Origin: Octopus sinensis
Taxonomy: Eukaryota
NCBI RefSeq assembly: GCF_006345805.1
Contig: NC_043004.1
Span: forward strand, 47,120,001 to 47,184,000
Length of the DNA: 64,000 nt
Reading direction: 5' to 3'
How positions within the stretch are numbered: position 1 is the stretch's first letter; each line of letters opens with the position of its first letter. The notes beneath the pieces are model-generated. The model was not told the origin of the DNA, searched no databases, and was given only the letters and a program-made list of their open reading frames with translations. Shown piece by piece: positions 52,571 to 64,000 of the stretch. Position numbers and translations under genes: made by a program.

Positions 52571-52733
52571 TGTGCGTGCGTGTGTGTATAAACTATAGAT
52601 GCAACCCACATATAGCATCAAGTTGCACAAAGAATGCGTACGTATAAAGAAGACAAGATTCAAAAGCTGTTTCGGCTGCATTTGATTGATTACATCCTGG
52701 TAAAACACCACCATATCACCATGTGTGTAACAC

Positions 52734-52785
<52 letters not shown>

Positions 52786-53732
52786 TATATATATATGTAT
52801 GTATATATATATATTATATATATGCTTGTGCGTGTCTGTGAGTGCGCGTTTGGGTGTGCGTGTGTAGTTGTTGAAAGTCAAAAATATTGAGTGATAGAGT
52901 TCAAATGGCAACATCTGAAATACAGGGTGCGAGACGTGTTTCAGAGGACATAATTTTCATTATATGACTCCCATTTAAAGCGACTTTCCTTCGCTTCTTT
53001 CAGATTCACGTGGCAGAAATGAAAAGGCATTGTTGCCTTATTACGTCTGTACGTAAGGCATTGCAGATTTTTGTACGGAATCCAACGATTTAAACATTGT
53101 CAACTGCCTACATATTACATGATACAAACAAAGTTCCAGTGAAATTTGAATAATTCTGGCATTCGACCGTATCAAAAGAAAACGAAAGCTATAGAACTGT
53201 GTGGGCAGTAGTGGGACACGGCAATTCATCAGTTTCAATATTTTATCGTACAGTAAACGGAGTGGCTTCTTGAGCTAATCTCTGCTGTCACATGTTGTTC
53301 CCATTTAAGACGTTGCAAGATTTAACGTTTAATATCCAGTGCAATCCCTTTACGGTTACTTTTCGAACCACTGGTTTCAAATTTACTTGTTAGGTTCTTT
53401 CCAAACCTCTCCAACTGGAGGCAAATCCATAGCATCAGTGATTACTTACCCACAATAAATATATACGAAGAGAAATTGGCATATATAAGATTTGCTTCGT
53501 GAGAAGAGAGTGAATTGTTTCATTCTTATTGATGTTATAATGAAAATGAGATGAAAAGGGGAAAAACTGAAGAGAAATTTCTAAATGATTAGAGTTAGGT
53601 GAAAGGTCACCAAATTTTAAACGCAGTTCGCCCCTTGCACTTTTGACTTTATACGTAAATACACACACACGCATACAAACACGCTCATCCCGAACACTCC
53701 TACACATGCTCACGCACATTCATCCCAGACGC

Positions 53733-53767
<35 letters not shown>

Positions 53768-55151
53768 ACACTCATCACACACACATGTTGCCTACATTCT
53801 TATTCCCTTTGTAGTTAGCTGGATTCAAAAGACAGACACACAATACAATAGTTTTTGTGCAGGTTGCAATTGTCCAGGCTATGTTCGAAATGAATAAGGA
53901 TTGATCAGCGTAGGCCTTTTAACTATTCCGTTCCGCGTTGATGCAATCATCGAATCTGGAGATAGATTCTTATTAGAAAGCTAATCTTAAACATGTACAC
54001 AGCTTCTTGTTTTTATATTGAAAATATATTCTTTTTTACAAGATTAGAAGTAGAATGTCTACCCAACTATCTCAAGAACCGGATGCAAAGATAATTACGT
54101 AGGATTTACAACACGCGGCTCATCATCAATAAATGCATATATATATATAGAAAGAGAGAGATCGGCGAAAAGAGAGAAAAAGCAATATAAATGTATACAT
54201 GTATATTTATACATGCATATTTATATACTTATGTATATATACACATGCATATACATGTGAGTATATAGATATCTCTATATATAACAATATATATACATAT
54301 ATGTGTGTGTGTGTGTGTGTGTATCTATCTACCTTCCTATCTATCAATCTATCTGTATATAATCTATATGTATATAAACACAGGTACATAGAAGATTGCC
54401 TCATTATACGAAAGATGATACATGCATAAACACGTGCAAATGTACAAACACACCATCATACAAACAAGCACGTGGACATTCGACAAGATTATGAATGACT
54501 CCATCCAAATGAGTCACACTCTTCTTGAACTCACTTAAATTATCTGTACCTGAAGAGCAACACTCATCCAAGTTGGAAAGCAAGAAGCCCTCGCAAACCT
54601 TTGTATAGCTTTCTCATTGACAATATAATTAAGCAAGGAAGTAACTTATGAGATAGCTTAGTCGTCAGAAGACGTCCCCAGATTTGTTAAGGGTATGATA
54701 TCTCCCAAACCGATCCTACACGATTTTTTAGCCAATGACTAGAACGATTGTGAAGTCTTTAACCAGATACTGGTAATGACAATAAGATAATTTGGTGATA
54801 TCCTATTCATATGTTGAAAGAACCATTATTGTCGTATCCCTGTTGTAACGTGTTATCTAAGTATATGTTCATTGGATAACTGTATTGTCTGAGTGTATTG
54901 TATGAGACTGAGTGGGTGAGATATGGCATGAACATGTTACGATAAGTAAATGAAATGTAGCGCCGGTTGTGTAATGGTGGGCCGTCTTGCTGTAGCTGCA
55001 AGTAAGATTAATATACAGAAGAGAGAAATGGAGAGAAAAACAAAATTAACCTCAGTGTGCAATCCAAATCGAGCAGATAAGCACAATTAGGCTCGAGACA
55101 TATGTATAGAGACTACAAATACAGAACATAAAACAAAGATATATATATACA

Positions 55152-55183
<32 letters not shown>

Positions 55184-55184
55184 A

Positions 55185-55600
55185 CGGAAAGCTTTATGAA
55201 AATAAACAAAAGACGAAGGCAGGTGGAATACAAACAAACAATCGTATTAGTATGGCGCTCAGAAATATAAATAAAACACGTCTTTTACGTTTCGAGCCTA
55301 CGCTCTTCAACAGAAAAAAAATATATATATATTTATATACTTATATATGTATACATATATACATATGTATACATATCTATATGCATATATATTACATATA
55401 TATATACATATGCATATATATGTGTGTGTCTGTGTGTACATGCGTGCGTGCGCGTGTGTGTATAGTTGAAATTTATAGAAAAACAAAAGACGAAGACAGG
55501 TGCATGAATAAGAAGCAAGTCTATTAGTTTAACGCTCACGATAAAAGAAAACGTCTTTTACGTTTCCTGCCTACGCTCTTCAACATAAAGGAATAAGAGA
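55185..55600 (-). repeat. Two copies of a Penelope-type terminal repeat with a hammerhead-like motif, separated by a (TA/TG) tract
   Basis: 55205-55315 and 55480-55590 share AACAAAAGACGAAG.CAGGTG...TATTAGT...CGCTCA...GTCTTTTACGTTTC..GCCTACGCTCTTCAACA. Confidence 0.75.
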
Positions 55601-55771
55601 GAATAAAGCGAGAGAGAATGAAATTGGCTGAATAAATGAAACAAAACTTGTAGATTTCAGTGGTCTAACACACAGGGAGCCCAAGTTCACAACGAGGGAT
55701 AGAGCTGGAGATCCGTAGCCTACATCTGACTCACCATGTATAAAGCATTTACTATTGCTTACTGCGATTCA

Positions 55772-55844
<73 letters not shown>

Positions 55845-55899
55845 AAGCAATTTAGAGATAAAAACCACTATTAGGCATACTCTTGGATATACTCCCTAA

Positions 55900-55951
<52 letters not shown>

Positions 55952-55952
55952 T

Positions 55953-55987
<35 letters not shown>

Positions 55988-56554
55988 ATACACAAACATA
56001 CGTATGCTAATATTCCTTGTATCATGCCTTTGTTTAATTTCCTGTCCGTTAAGTTTCCATCAAGTTTCCCGTTTGTTATGCATCTCTCAAGGTGATATGT
56101 TCGTAAAATCTAAATGAATTTAATTAACTCCGGCTTCACTTTTCAACAGTAGAGCCGCAAAGGAAATAATTGTCTTTTAGAAGTGTTTAGGAAGTTAAAA
56201 TTTTAAACAGAAGTGACAAGCAGAGAGGTAGGTGGAAAAAGTTAGCGAGAGGCAAGAGTTAGGTGGGAAGGAAGGATACAGAACAGCTAGATAGCGATCA
56301 GATATTAGAAGATAAGCAGCTGGCTGGATGGACTCGTTGTCAGTTCTCTTGCAGGGACAAGTAATTTGACATCCAACAGTAAAGCGACTACGAAATTCAG
56401 AGGCAATAGAGGGAGGGCAAGATTAGGGGTAGTTTCAAGGAAACGGGAGTAGTAGGTAGTAATAATACAATCACGGCGAGAACAAGGATTTTGTCTACGA
56501 TGAAAAAAAAATCTATAGTGAACTTGCATAATGTGTAACGATAATGTTATTTAT

Positions 56555-57070
56555 TTAACTAGGTGCTAATTTTCTCGAAGAAATTTACTCACGATTTTCG
56601 ATCGAATATCGTAATATCAACCAATACGTGTTTCTAATAACAAATATTGTTCTTGAAATTCCACCGTACAGCTCCTCGATCTCACTATGGACGCCTCAGA
56701 CTGAACACAAGTTACAAACTTGTCGGCTTTTTCACTATTTCCCCAGGCTTTCAGCGGTCTATATAAGAATGTAGTTCTCATAGCCTCGTGAATGTCTAAC
56801 CTATCCATTGAGCGTATTCGGAAAAGTTCTCATATATATTTTTAAACGCTATAATTTCCCAATTTCGTTCGAAAATAATATTAAAGTTGACAACTTTTTA
56901 CATGTGGTATTTGACTTAGATACTAGCTTCTATCTCCTTCATGATAAGCCTAATGAGTCTTTGCAATATATCAGCTTTCTGTCTAGTCATCCTAAATAGC
57001 ATAGTTAAGGGTATTTTATCAGAATTTCTAACCTGTCCTATAAATTTTTCAATCGACATTAAGCGACACA
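56555..57070 (+). mobile_element. Penelope-like reverse transcriptase relic
   Basis: LDLTMDASD*TQVT (cf. FDVTMGSxD), SGLYKNVVL (cf. GLYRDD), IFKRYNFPISFENNIKVDNFLHVVFDL...KPNESLQYI..LSSHP. Confidence 0.85.
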
Positions 57071-57337
57071 CGGTTTACTCACACATACACATATAAAGAG
57101 CCAGAATCATACACACACGTGCGCACACACAGGTGTTATTATTACACACACACACAGACCTGCGCGAGCGCACATACACACACATACATGCGCATATCCT
57201 CTTCCCTCACACTCTCCTGTCTTAGAAAGAACTTTTTCCTCACCCATTCCCTTCCGGTCATTTCAAATTGTAACCACATGTGAATCGCTAGCGACTTTCT
57301 TTCTCCGTCTTCCCTTCTTTTGAACATAGCTCTATTT

Positions 57338-57372
57338 CTGAAGAAGAGCTTTGCTCGAAACGTAAAATCGTC
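57338..57372 (+). ncRNA. Hammerhead-like core in a Penelope-type terminal repeat
   Basis: CUGAAGA-A-GAGC(UUU)GCUC-GAA-ACG(UAAAAU)CGU-C. Core, stems II and III and the GUC triplet are intact; no local stem I. Confidence 0.6.
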
Positions 57373-57863
57373 TTCCTTTCTTTCCTGAGAGTCTGATAAT
57401 ACATTACTTGTACCACGTCCTCTCGTTCTTGATTTTTCATGCTTGTTCTTATTTGGATTCATTACACACACACACATAAATATATATATATATGGATATG
57501 TGTGTGTGTGTGTTCTGTGATCGTTTGAATATTTGTCTAATTCAAGGTCATTTGTTCGCGTAACAGGAGGAGAAAAATCAGTAAAATACTACTATAAGTA
57601 AAACAGCAAAATATACAAATCGATTTCGCTTGTCTTTCTCTTTCATCTTAATTAAGCATGAAACAATATCACATAAATGAATGTAATTAGAACATCTAAT
57701 GATCATTCCTGTCAACATGCATCATTTCTTTCATATCTCTTTTATATTACATATGCCAAATCATGTGTGTGTTTTTATTTCATATGTGTATATGTGCTAT
57801 GCGTGCGTGTTCCTAAATATGGATATGCTATCAATATAGGATTGTATGTGCAAGTATGGATGC

Positions 57864-57944
<81 letters not shown>

Positions 57945-58037
57945 GTGTGTGTGTGTGTTTGTGTATATATATATGTGTGTGTATGTATATGTATATATAT
58001 ATATATATATATACACATGGACTCTTATGACGCTATG

Positions 58038-58075
<38 letters not shown>

Positions 58076-58447
58076 CGTGTGCGTATATGCATGCACATGA
58101 GTAACAAATTGACACGTTTATGCCTATATTGATTACAAGCGAAAATTTACAACCTATATAATGCATTGTAATCTACGATCGTACCTCTTAGCTCGATTAC
58201 TTCCACTACTATTCTCATCAAAATTAATTCACTCACTTTATGATATATACACTATATATATATATATACACTATATTAGTGTATATATTTAAACAATCTT
58301 TTTTCTTAGACGTCAGTTCGGCCTCCCTTTGTCGCTGATCAAAACAGACCATATTCTTGAAATGTTATTGCGCTTGTTGCGGCATGTGAATTTGACTTGA
58401 TATTGAATTTAACACTGCATTCAAATGTTATTTTGTATATTTTTATA

Positions 58448-58610
58448 GGCGCAGGTGTGGCTGTGTGGTAAGTAGCTTGCTTACTGACCACATTGTTCTG
58501 TGTTCAGTCCCACTGCGTGGCACCTTGGACAACTGTCTTCTACTATAGCCTCGGGCTGACCACAGCCTTGTGAGTGGATTTGGTTGGGGGAAACTGAAAG
58601 AAGCCCGTCG

Positions 58611-58641
<31 letters not shown>

Positions 58642-58855
58642 GTTTGTGTTTGTGTGTCTGTGTTTGTCCCTCCAACATCGCTTGACAACCGATGCTGGTG
58701 TGTTTACGTCCCCGTAACTTAGCGTTTCGGCAAAAGAGATCGATAGAATAAATGCTAGGCTTACAAAGAATAAGCCCTGGGGTCGATTTGCACGACTAAC
58801 GGTGGTGCTCCAGCATGGCCACAGTTAAATGACTGAAACAAGTAAAAGAGAGTAA
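58448..58855 (+). mobile_element. tRNA-derived SINE (family 2), full length
   Basis: A box TGGCTGTGTGGTAAG, B-box-like GTTCAGTCCC, conserved body, tail GACTGAAACAAGTAAAAGAG. Confidence 0.92.
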
Positions 58856-59770
58856 ACTACGCTTTCATATCTTTGTCGTATGAGGTAATATTTCTTAAGC
58901 GGTTTATTTCAATTAATTCCTTTATAATAAGTAAACACTTTTACTTAAATTGCTGCTTAGATTGTAACTGCTAAATCATTTATTGTAAAAGGGATAATTT
59001 GTATTTGCAGCCAGCCCCTGAAAGCCCATTTTCGCAACTTCACTGCGCTGAGATACGCTGACGGATATTCTTCACTTACTACTCGATGTGTTTTTAGGAA
59101 GCAAATATATTTAACTAATGTTATATTGTATCATGACTTACACGAGTGCCTCAAATTTGTCTATATATGTACTGTTCTTTTCTTCTGAATACTCGGTTAA
59201 ATATGGATTATCCTTTCAAATCTTGGGCTTTCGAATCAAGATTTATAGGGTAAATTGGTGAAGTTAGCAATAACTTTTTCTTGAAATGCAAGCTTTTCAC
59301 AGCGAACTTAAAACAGTGGCACATTTAATTATCTACTGAGAATTTGATAAATTTCCCTAACGAAGTAATACATCCTTAGACATCAGCAATTGCAAATTTG
59401 ATTGTTTACAAATAATAGAACCCACCTAGATGAGAATCAGCAAAATTATGTCACACTTTATACTTTCGTAACAATAAACTTGCTGTGATTTTCATTTGTC
59501 AATTCGAACCCTGTTCCCTTCTCTGACGTTAATTTCGACAAAGTCATGTATTCGTTTGTAGAAGAATACGACCACCTGACGAATTAATCATTAGTGGAAG
59601 TCTACGAATAAACTGAATATAATTTATTTAACTACACACATGCAATCACACAGAAGCACATACATATACGCACACACATTTTATGTATACTACATATTAT
59701 TATGTAGTCCCATATGCACCATATATATTTATATATATATATATATATGATATATATAGATATATATATA

Positions 59771-59813
<43 letters not shown>

Positions 59814-59892
59814 AAATATTAGGGAATAATCCAACTTACAGGGAAAAATCAGATTTAGGAATGAATCCATTTTATAGTAAGATATTATATTA

Positions 59893-60147
59893 TAAATTAG
59901 AGATAAAACCACTATTAGGCAAATCATACAATGAAAAACTTAAGCCAATACAGAAGATTAATTAATTTATATTATTTTAAATATATATCAAAATTATTAA
60001 AAAAAGATAACGAAACGATCGTAGTGTTATACTTATCTTTTTTTAATAATTTTGATATATATAAAAAAATAAAATGAATTAATCTTATGTATTGGCTTAA
60101 GTTTTTCATTGTATGATTTGCCTAATAGTGGTTTTATCTCTAATTTA
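59893..60147. repeat. ~255-bp palindrome (~118-bp arms, ~22-nt loop), probably Penelope-terminus derived
   Basis: The outer ~70 bp of the arms differ by 1 base; the same terminus (TTAGAGATAAAA.CCACTATTAGGCA) recurs at ~55852-55885. Confidence 0.92.
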
Positions 60148-60181
60148 ATAATAATATATATATATATAATATATATATATA

Positions 60182-60212
<31 letters not shown>

Positions 60213-60215
<3 letters not shown>

Positions 60216-60884
60216 TCAAAGGTCAAGACCGCTAGGTAGTCGGCCGTATGCTAGAAATAGATCACCAACGATCAAACTACAAAGAATGTTCTCTAGAGGA
60301 AAATTCAGCGAACACCAGAAACAATTGGGCGGGCAAGACAGATGAAAATTATATAAAAAAAAAACAGAATTAATCACATGCCGGCGGTTTCAACTATTAA
60401 CAAAAGAATTACTTACATAATCCAAATATCCGTAGTTTCGTCAGTGCGATCGTTCCGACAAATATAATTTGTAAAACTAACCCCAGCTTTCTGTGCCAAA
60501 ACAGACACGTGTTTATTGTTACCGATTACATTAGGGATAATTTCAAATGTCTTAGTTCTGGCGCGCTAAAAATTACGAAAGCGAAGAACTGCAGTAAATA
60601 ATTTACTGGGGTTTGTCTATTAGAGAACATATTTATTTTAATATTTAAATAATGAGGGAGATAAATTAATATTAATTTAAAACCAGTAACCTAGCATACA
60701 AAAATCTGATAAATCAGAGAAAATTATAATACATGTGTATATTCAAAGGGCAAAACCGCTAGGTAGTCGGCCGTATGCTAGAAATAGATCACCAATGACC
60801 AAACTACAAAGAATGTTCTCTAGATGAAAATTCAGCGAACACCAGAAACAATTAGGCGGGCAAGACAGATGAAAGTTATATAAA
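60213..60884. repeat. 145-bp direct repeat pair (~95% identical) with 527-bp period
   Basis: 60213-60357 versus 60740-60884, 7 mismatches counted; no TG...CA termini. Confidence 0.92.
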
Positions 60885-60910
60885 CATACATACATACATA
60901 CATACATATT

Positions 60911-61138
60911 AAGGCGGCGAGCTGGCAGAAACGTTAGCACGCCGGGCGAAATGCATAGCCGTATTTCGTCTGCCGTTACGTTCTGAGTTCAAATTCCGCC
61001 AAGGTCAAATTTGCCTTTCACCCTTTCGGGGTCGATAAATTAAGTACCAGCTACGCACTGGGGTCGACATAATCGACTTAATCCGTTTGTCTGTCATTGT
61101 TTGTCTCCTCTGTGTTTAGCCCGTTATGGGGCTAAACA
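60911..61138 (+). mobile_element. tRNA-derived SINE (family 3) with Nin-like central domain
   Basis: Head AAGGCGGCGAGCTGGCAGAAACGTTAGC, B box GAGTTCAAATTCC, then GCCTTTCA.CCTTTCGGGGTCGATAAATTAAGTACCAG (Nin domain, from recall). Confidence 0.9.
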
Positions 61139-61237
61139 TATATATGTATACATATATATATACGGGCACATTTATTCAAGCAAATACTTCTTTGTAAATA
61201 TGTATTATGTGTGTGTATATGTTCATGTATTGTATAA

Positions 61238-61305
<68 letters not shown>

Positions 61306-61341
61306 TATATATATATTATAATAATATATATATATATATAT

Positions 61342-61391
<50 letters not shown>

Positions 61392-62702
61392 ATGTATGTA
61401 TGTATATATTATACGTATGTATTCTAATATTTTTTCTCTTTCTCCGTTAGATTATATGTAGCAACGCTTTTTTTCTTTCTCGAACATGATTTTCGTTATA
61501 TCAATTATGAATAAGAAAATGCAGTGTTTTTTAATTCTCCCCCATAAAGCTTCCTCTCTCTATTTTCATCGCACATATTTCCACTTGTATGAATTTGTTA
61601 TAGTTGTATCGAGTATACGATATATCTTCACACTTCCTGTTATCTGCAAGTTAATGATGAAAGGGAAGGGAAACACAAACGTAATGATATCATTCCTAGA
61701 AACAACTCACAACAAATGGTATATAAATAAGTGATAGATAATTTTAAATGTGTGTCAATATTGTTGAGAACTTAAAGATAGCGTTTTCTTCAAATGTTGA
61801 ATCTATATAAATGTATATACACCTGATCTCATACACGGTGTATTGTCACATGCGCACGCATACCCAAAGACACCTCTTCATACACATAGACATAAACAGA
61901 GATATCCACGCTTACGTATATTCATGCACTTATATATACACATATATATTGATCTGTATTTGCATATGCTTGGGTGCGCGTATGTCTGCAGTTTTTTGTG
62001 GCGTTTCAAGACCTTTGTTGTCATTTTAAAATATTATGTGGGTATTACCTATTTCTTTAGTACCCACAAGGGACTAAAGAGAGAAAGGACAAACCAGGAG
62101 AGACAAACGTAAATTTGAAAAGTTAGTTCGTATAAACACGAGACAGGTAGCCTTGTTTGTCTCGTGTTGATATGTTTAAGACTAGGTTGGACCTGCTGCA
62201 GAATATCAAACCATGTGAGTTCTCCATAACTCGCTAAAAGATGATGAGAAACCAATTTGTCCAGGAGACAAGATGGTAAATGTTTTTCATTTCCAAATTT
62301 ATTCCTGACGAATTTTATCCCGAATTTTTTGTGGTTATAGAACTAAGCTGTTCTTTCTAATTCGTAGAATCCTTATAAGTGGATTCTCTATGTGTTTAAA
62401 TATACACTGTATCGTATGACTAATATATAGTATTTTTGATTAAAATTTTTTTACGCGTTAGACCACTGGAAATGTAAATTTTAATTGAATGTTTTTAATT
62501 TTAATTAAATTCCATTTCCTTTTTAATTGTGCAAGTGTGTATGTGTGTGTGTGTGTATTTCTATATATGTACATATTTATATGTATATGTGTGAGCATGT
62601 GTATATATGTTCATATGTAAATGTATATGAGTGTAAGACTGTGTCCGATGCGCATGTGCGACTTTCATGACCCCTTCATTTATACAGATATGCATATGTG
62701 CA

Positions 62703-62749
<47 letters not shown>

Positions 62750-63244
62750 ATAATAAATTTTAGGGTAGCAAAAAAAAAATTTAGAAAATTTCTCCGCTGC
62801 CAGTGGTCTAGCGAGAAGGAAAGATAATCAATAGACTATATAATACACATTTAAACACATAAGAGATGACCATAATAGGACATGTGACTCACTAGAAAGG
62901 GCAGTTAAACTCTAAACCACTAATAGTTGTCATTCTGAACGGAAAGGAAATAAAAACGTTTACCCTATCTTTCCATAGTCCAGGGAAAATAGGGTATATA
63001 TATATAAACACACACACGTGTGTGCATGTGTGTTTGGATATGTATGTATGTGTACGTACATGCACATATATGTTTGTGTGATTGCGTAAGTATGTAGACG
63101 TTGTGCACTTTGAAGGTTTTTTCTATTTAATGTGAGAATATTTGCCTATATTATTTTTTCTTTTTTTTCCTTTTTGCTATTTATCTACCTATTAGAGTAA
63201 CTTTCCTTTTATTTAACGGTTTTTCATAGCGTCAGTTGCCATTA

Positions 63245-63300
63245 ATAGCCGATGAGTGTGCATCGTAGGTCGTTCCGACATTCGAAACTCTGAGTGCTAT
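63245..63300 (+). ncRNA. Degenerate type I hammerhead-like motif
   Basis: AUAG-CCGAUGA-GUGUG...CAUUC-GAA-ACUC-U-GAGU-G-CUAU. Stem I 4 bp, palindromic stem III, U4 replaced by C and G at the cleavage position. Confidence 0.5.
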
Positions 63301-63752
63301 AATGACAATCTGTTATTGTTTGTTCTAAATTATAACACATATACACAGAGACACACAGGCACACAAACACATATATGTGTATATGCGTACACTTATGCCT
63401 ACATAATGTTGGGCTGAATCTTGGACACCATAAAAAATGAAAAGCAGCTTTTGTCAAAGACGAAATAAACTCATGATTCCTAATGGCGATCCAAATACAT
63501 ACGTAGGCTTGCTGTGTATGCGTGTATTTACATCTCTATATAAATACATATAGCAGGATACTTTTAAGTTAAACCAATGCTGTCTGTAGTTCCTAATCAG
63601 TTATTTAATTTCGAATATTATCAAGTTCTCTGGTCTCTGAAAATTACCACCAAGATAGTGTAGTAGGAAATTCGCTTTAGTCACTGCAAGGGTTACAAAT
63701 TACCATGCGCTCAAAAAGACGTTAGCATAAATGTGTGTAACAGTGCAGATAA

Positions 63753-63914
63753 AGCGCAGTCGTGGCTCTGTGGTAAGTAGCTTACTTACCAACCACACGG
63801 TTTCGGGTTCAGTTCCACTACGTGGCACCTTGGGCAAGTTTCTTCTACTATAGCCTCGGGCCGACCAAAGCATTGTGAGTGGATTTGGTAGACGGAAACT
63901 GAATGAAGCCCGTC

Positions 63915-63917
<3 letters not shown>
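63753..63917 (+). mobile_element. tRNA-derived SINE (family 2), 5' half, running into (TA)n at the window edge
   Basis: Collinear with 58448-58610. Confidence 0.9.
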
Positions 63918-63982
<65 letters not shown>

Positions 63983-64000
63983 CATATATGTCTATATATA

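Noticed and set aside
56140-56470. Purine-rich block as a LINE 3' fragment
   Set aside because: No convincing motif in any frame by eye; left unassigned.

Overview
AT-rich, microsatellite-dense eukaryotic DNA, apparently all intergenic or intronic. The tRNA-derived SINE families, abundant R4/Dong LINEs in (TAA)n, Penelope relics and TTAGGG repeats match what I recall of coleoid cephalopod (octopus-like) genomes; this is an inference, not a database result. No host protein-coding gene can be supported with confidence, and almost all ORFs in the track are microsatellite translations or antisense shadows of the LINE. The main feature is a near-full-length (~3.96 kb) minus-strand R4/Dong non-LTR retrotransposon (RT + CCHC + restriction-like endonuclease, 4 visible lesions) at 9572-13534. 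It sits between two (TAA)n arrays, head-to-tail with older R4/Dong relics. Also present: decayed mariner, DD37D/maT, PIF/Harbinger-like, P-element-like, CR1-like, Helitron/Helentron-like and Penelope (RT, GIY-YIG) fragments, and at least 8 SINE copies. The most unusual signals are (i) a near-perfect 269-bp palindrome and four other long fold-backs built from retroelement or transposon ends, (ii) several type I hammerhead-ribozyme-like motifs, including a ~360-bp-period retrozyme-like repeat whose two dispersed copies together reconstruct a canonical hammerhead, and (iii) a TIR element carrying internal telomeric repeats. All alignments and identities were done by eye and are approximate.
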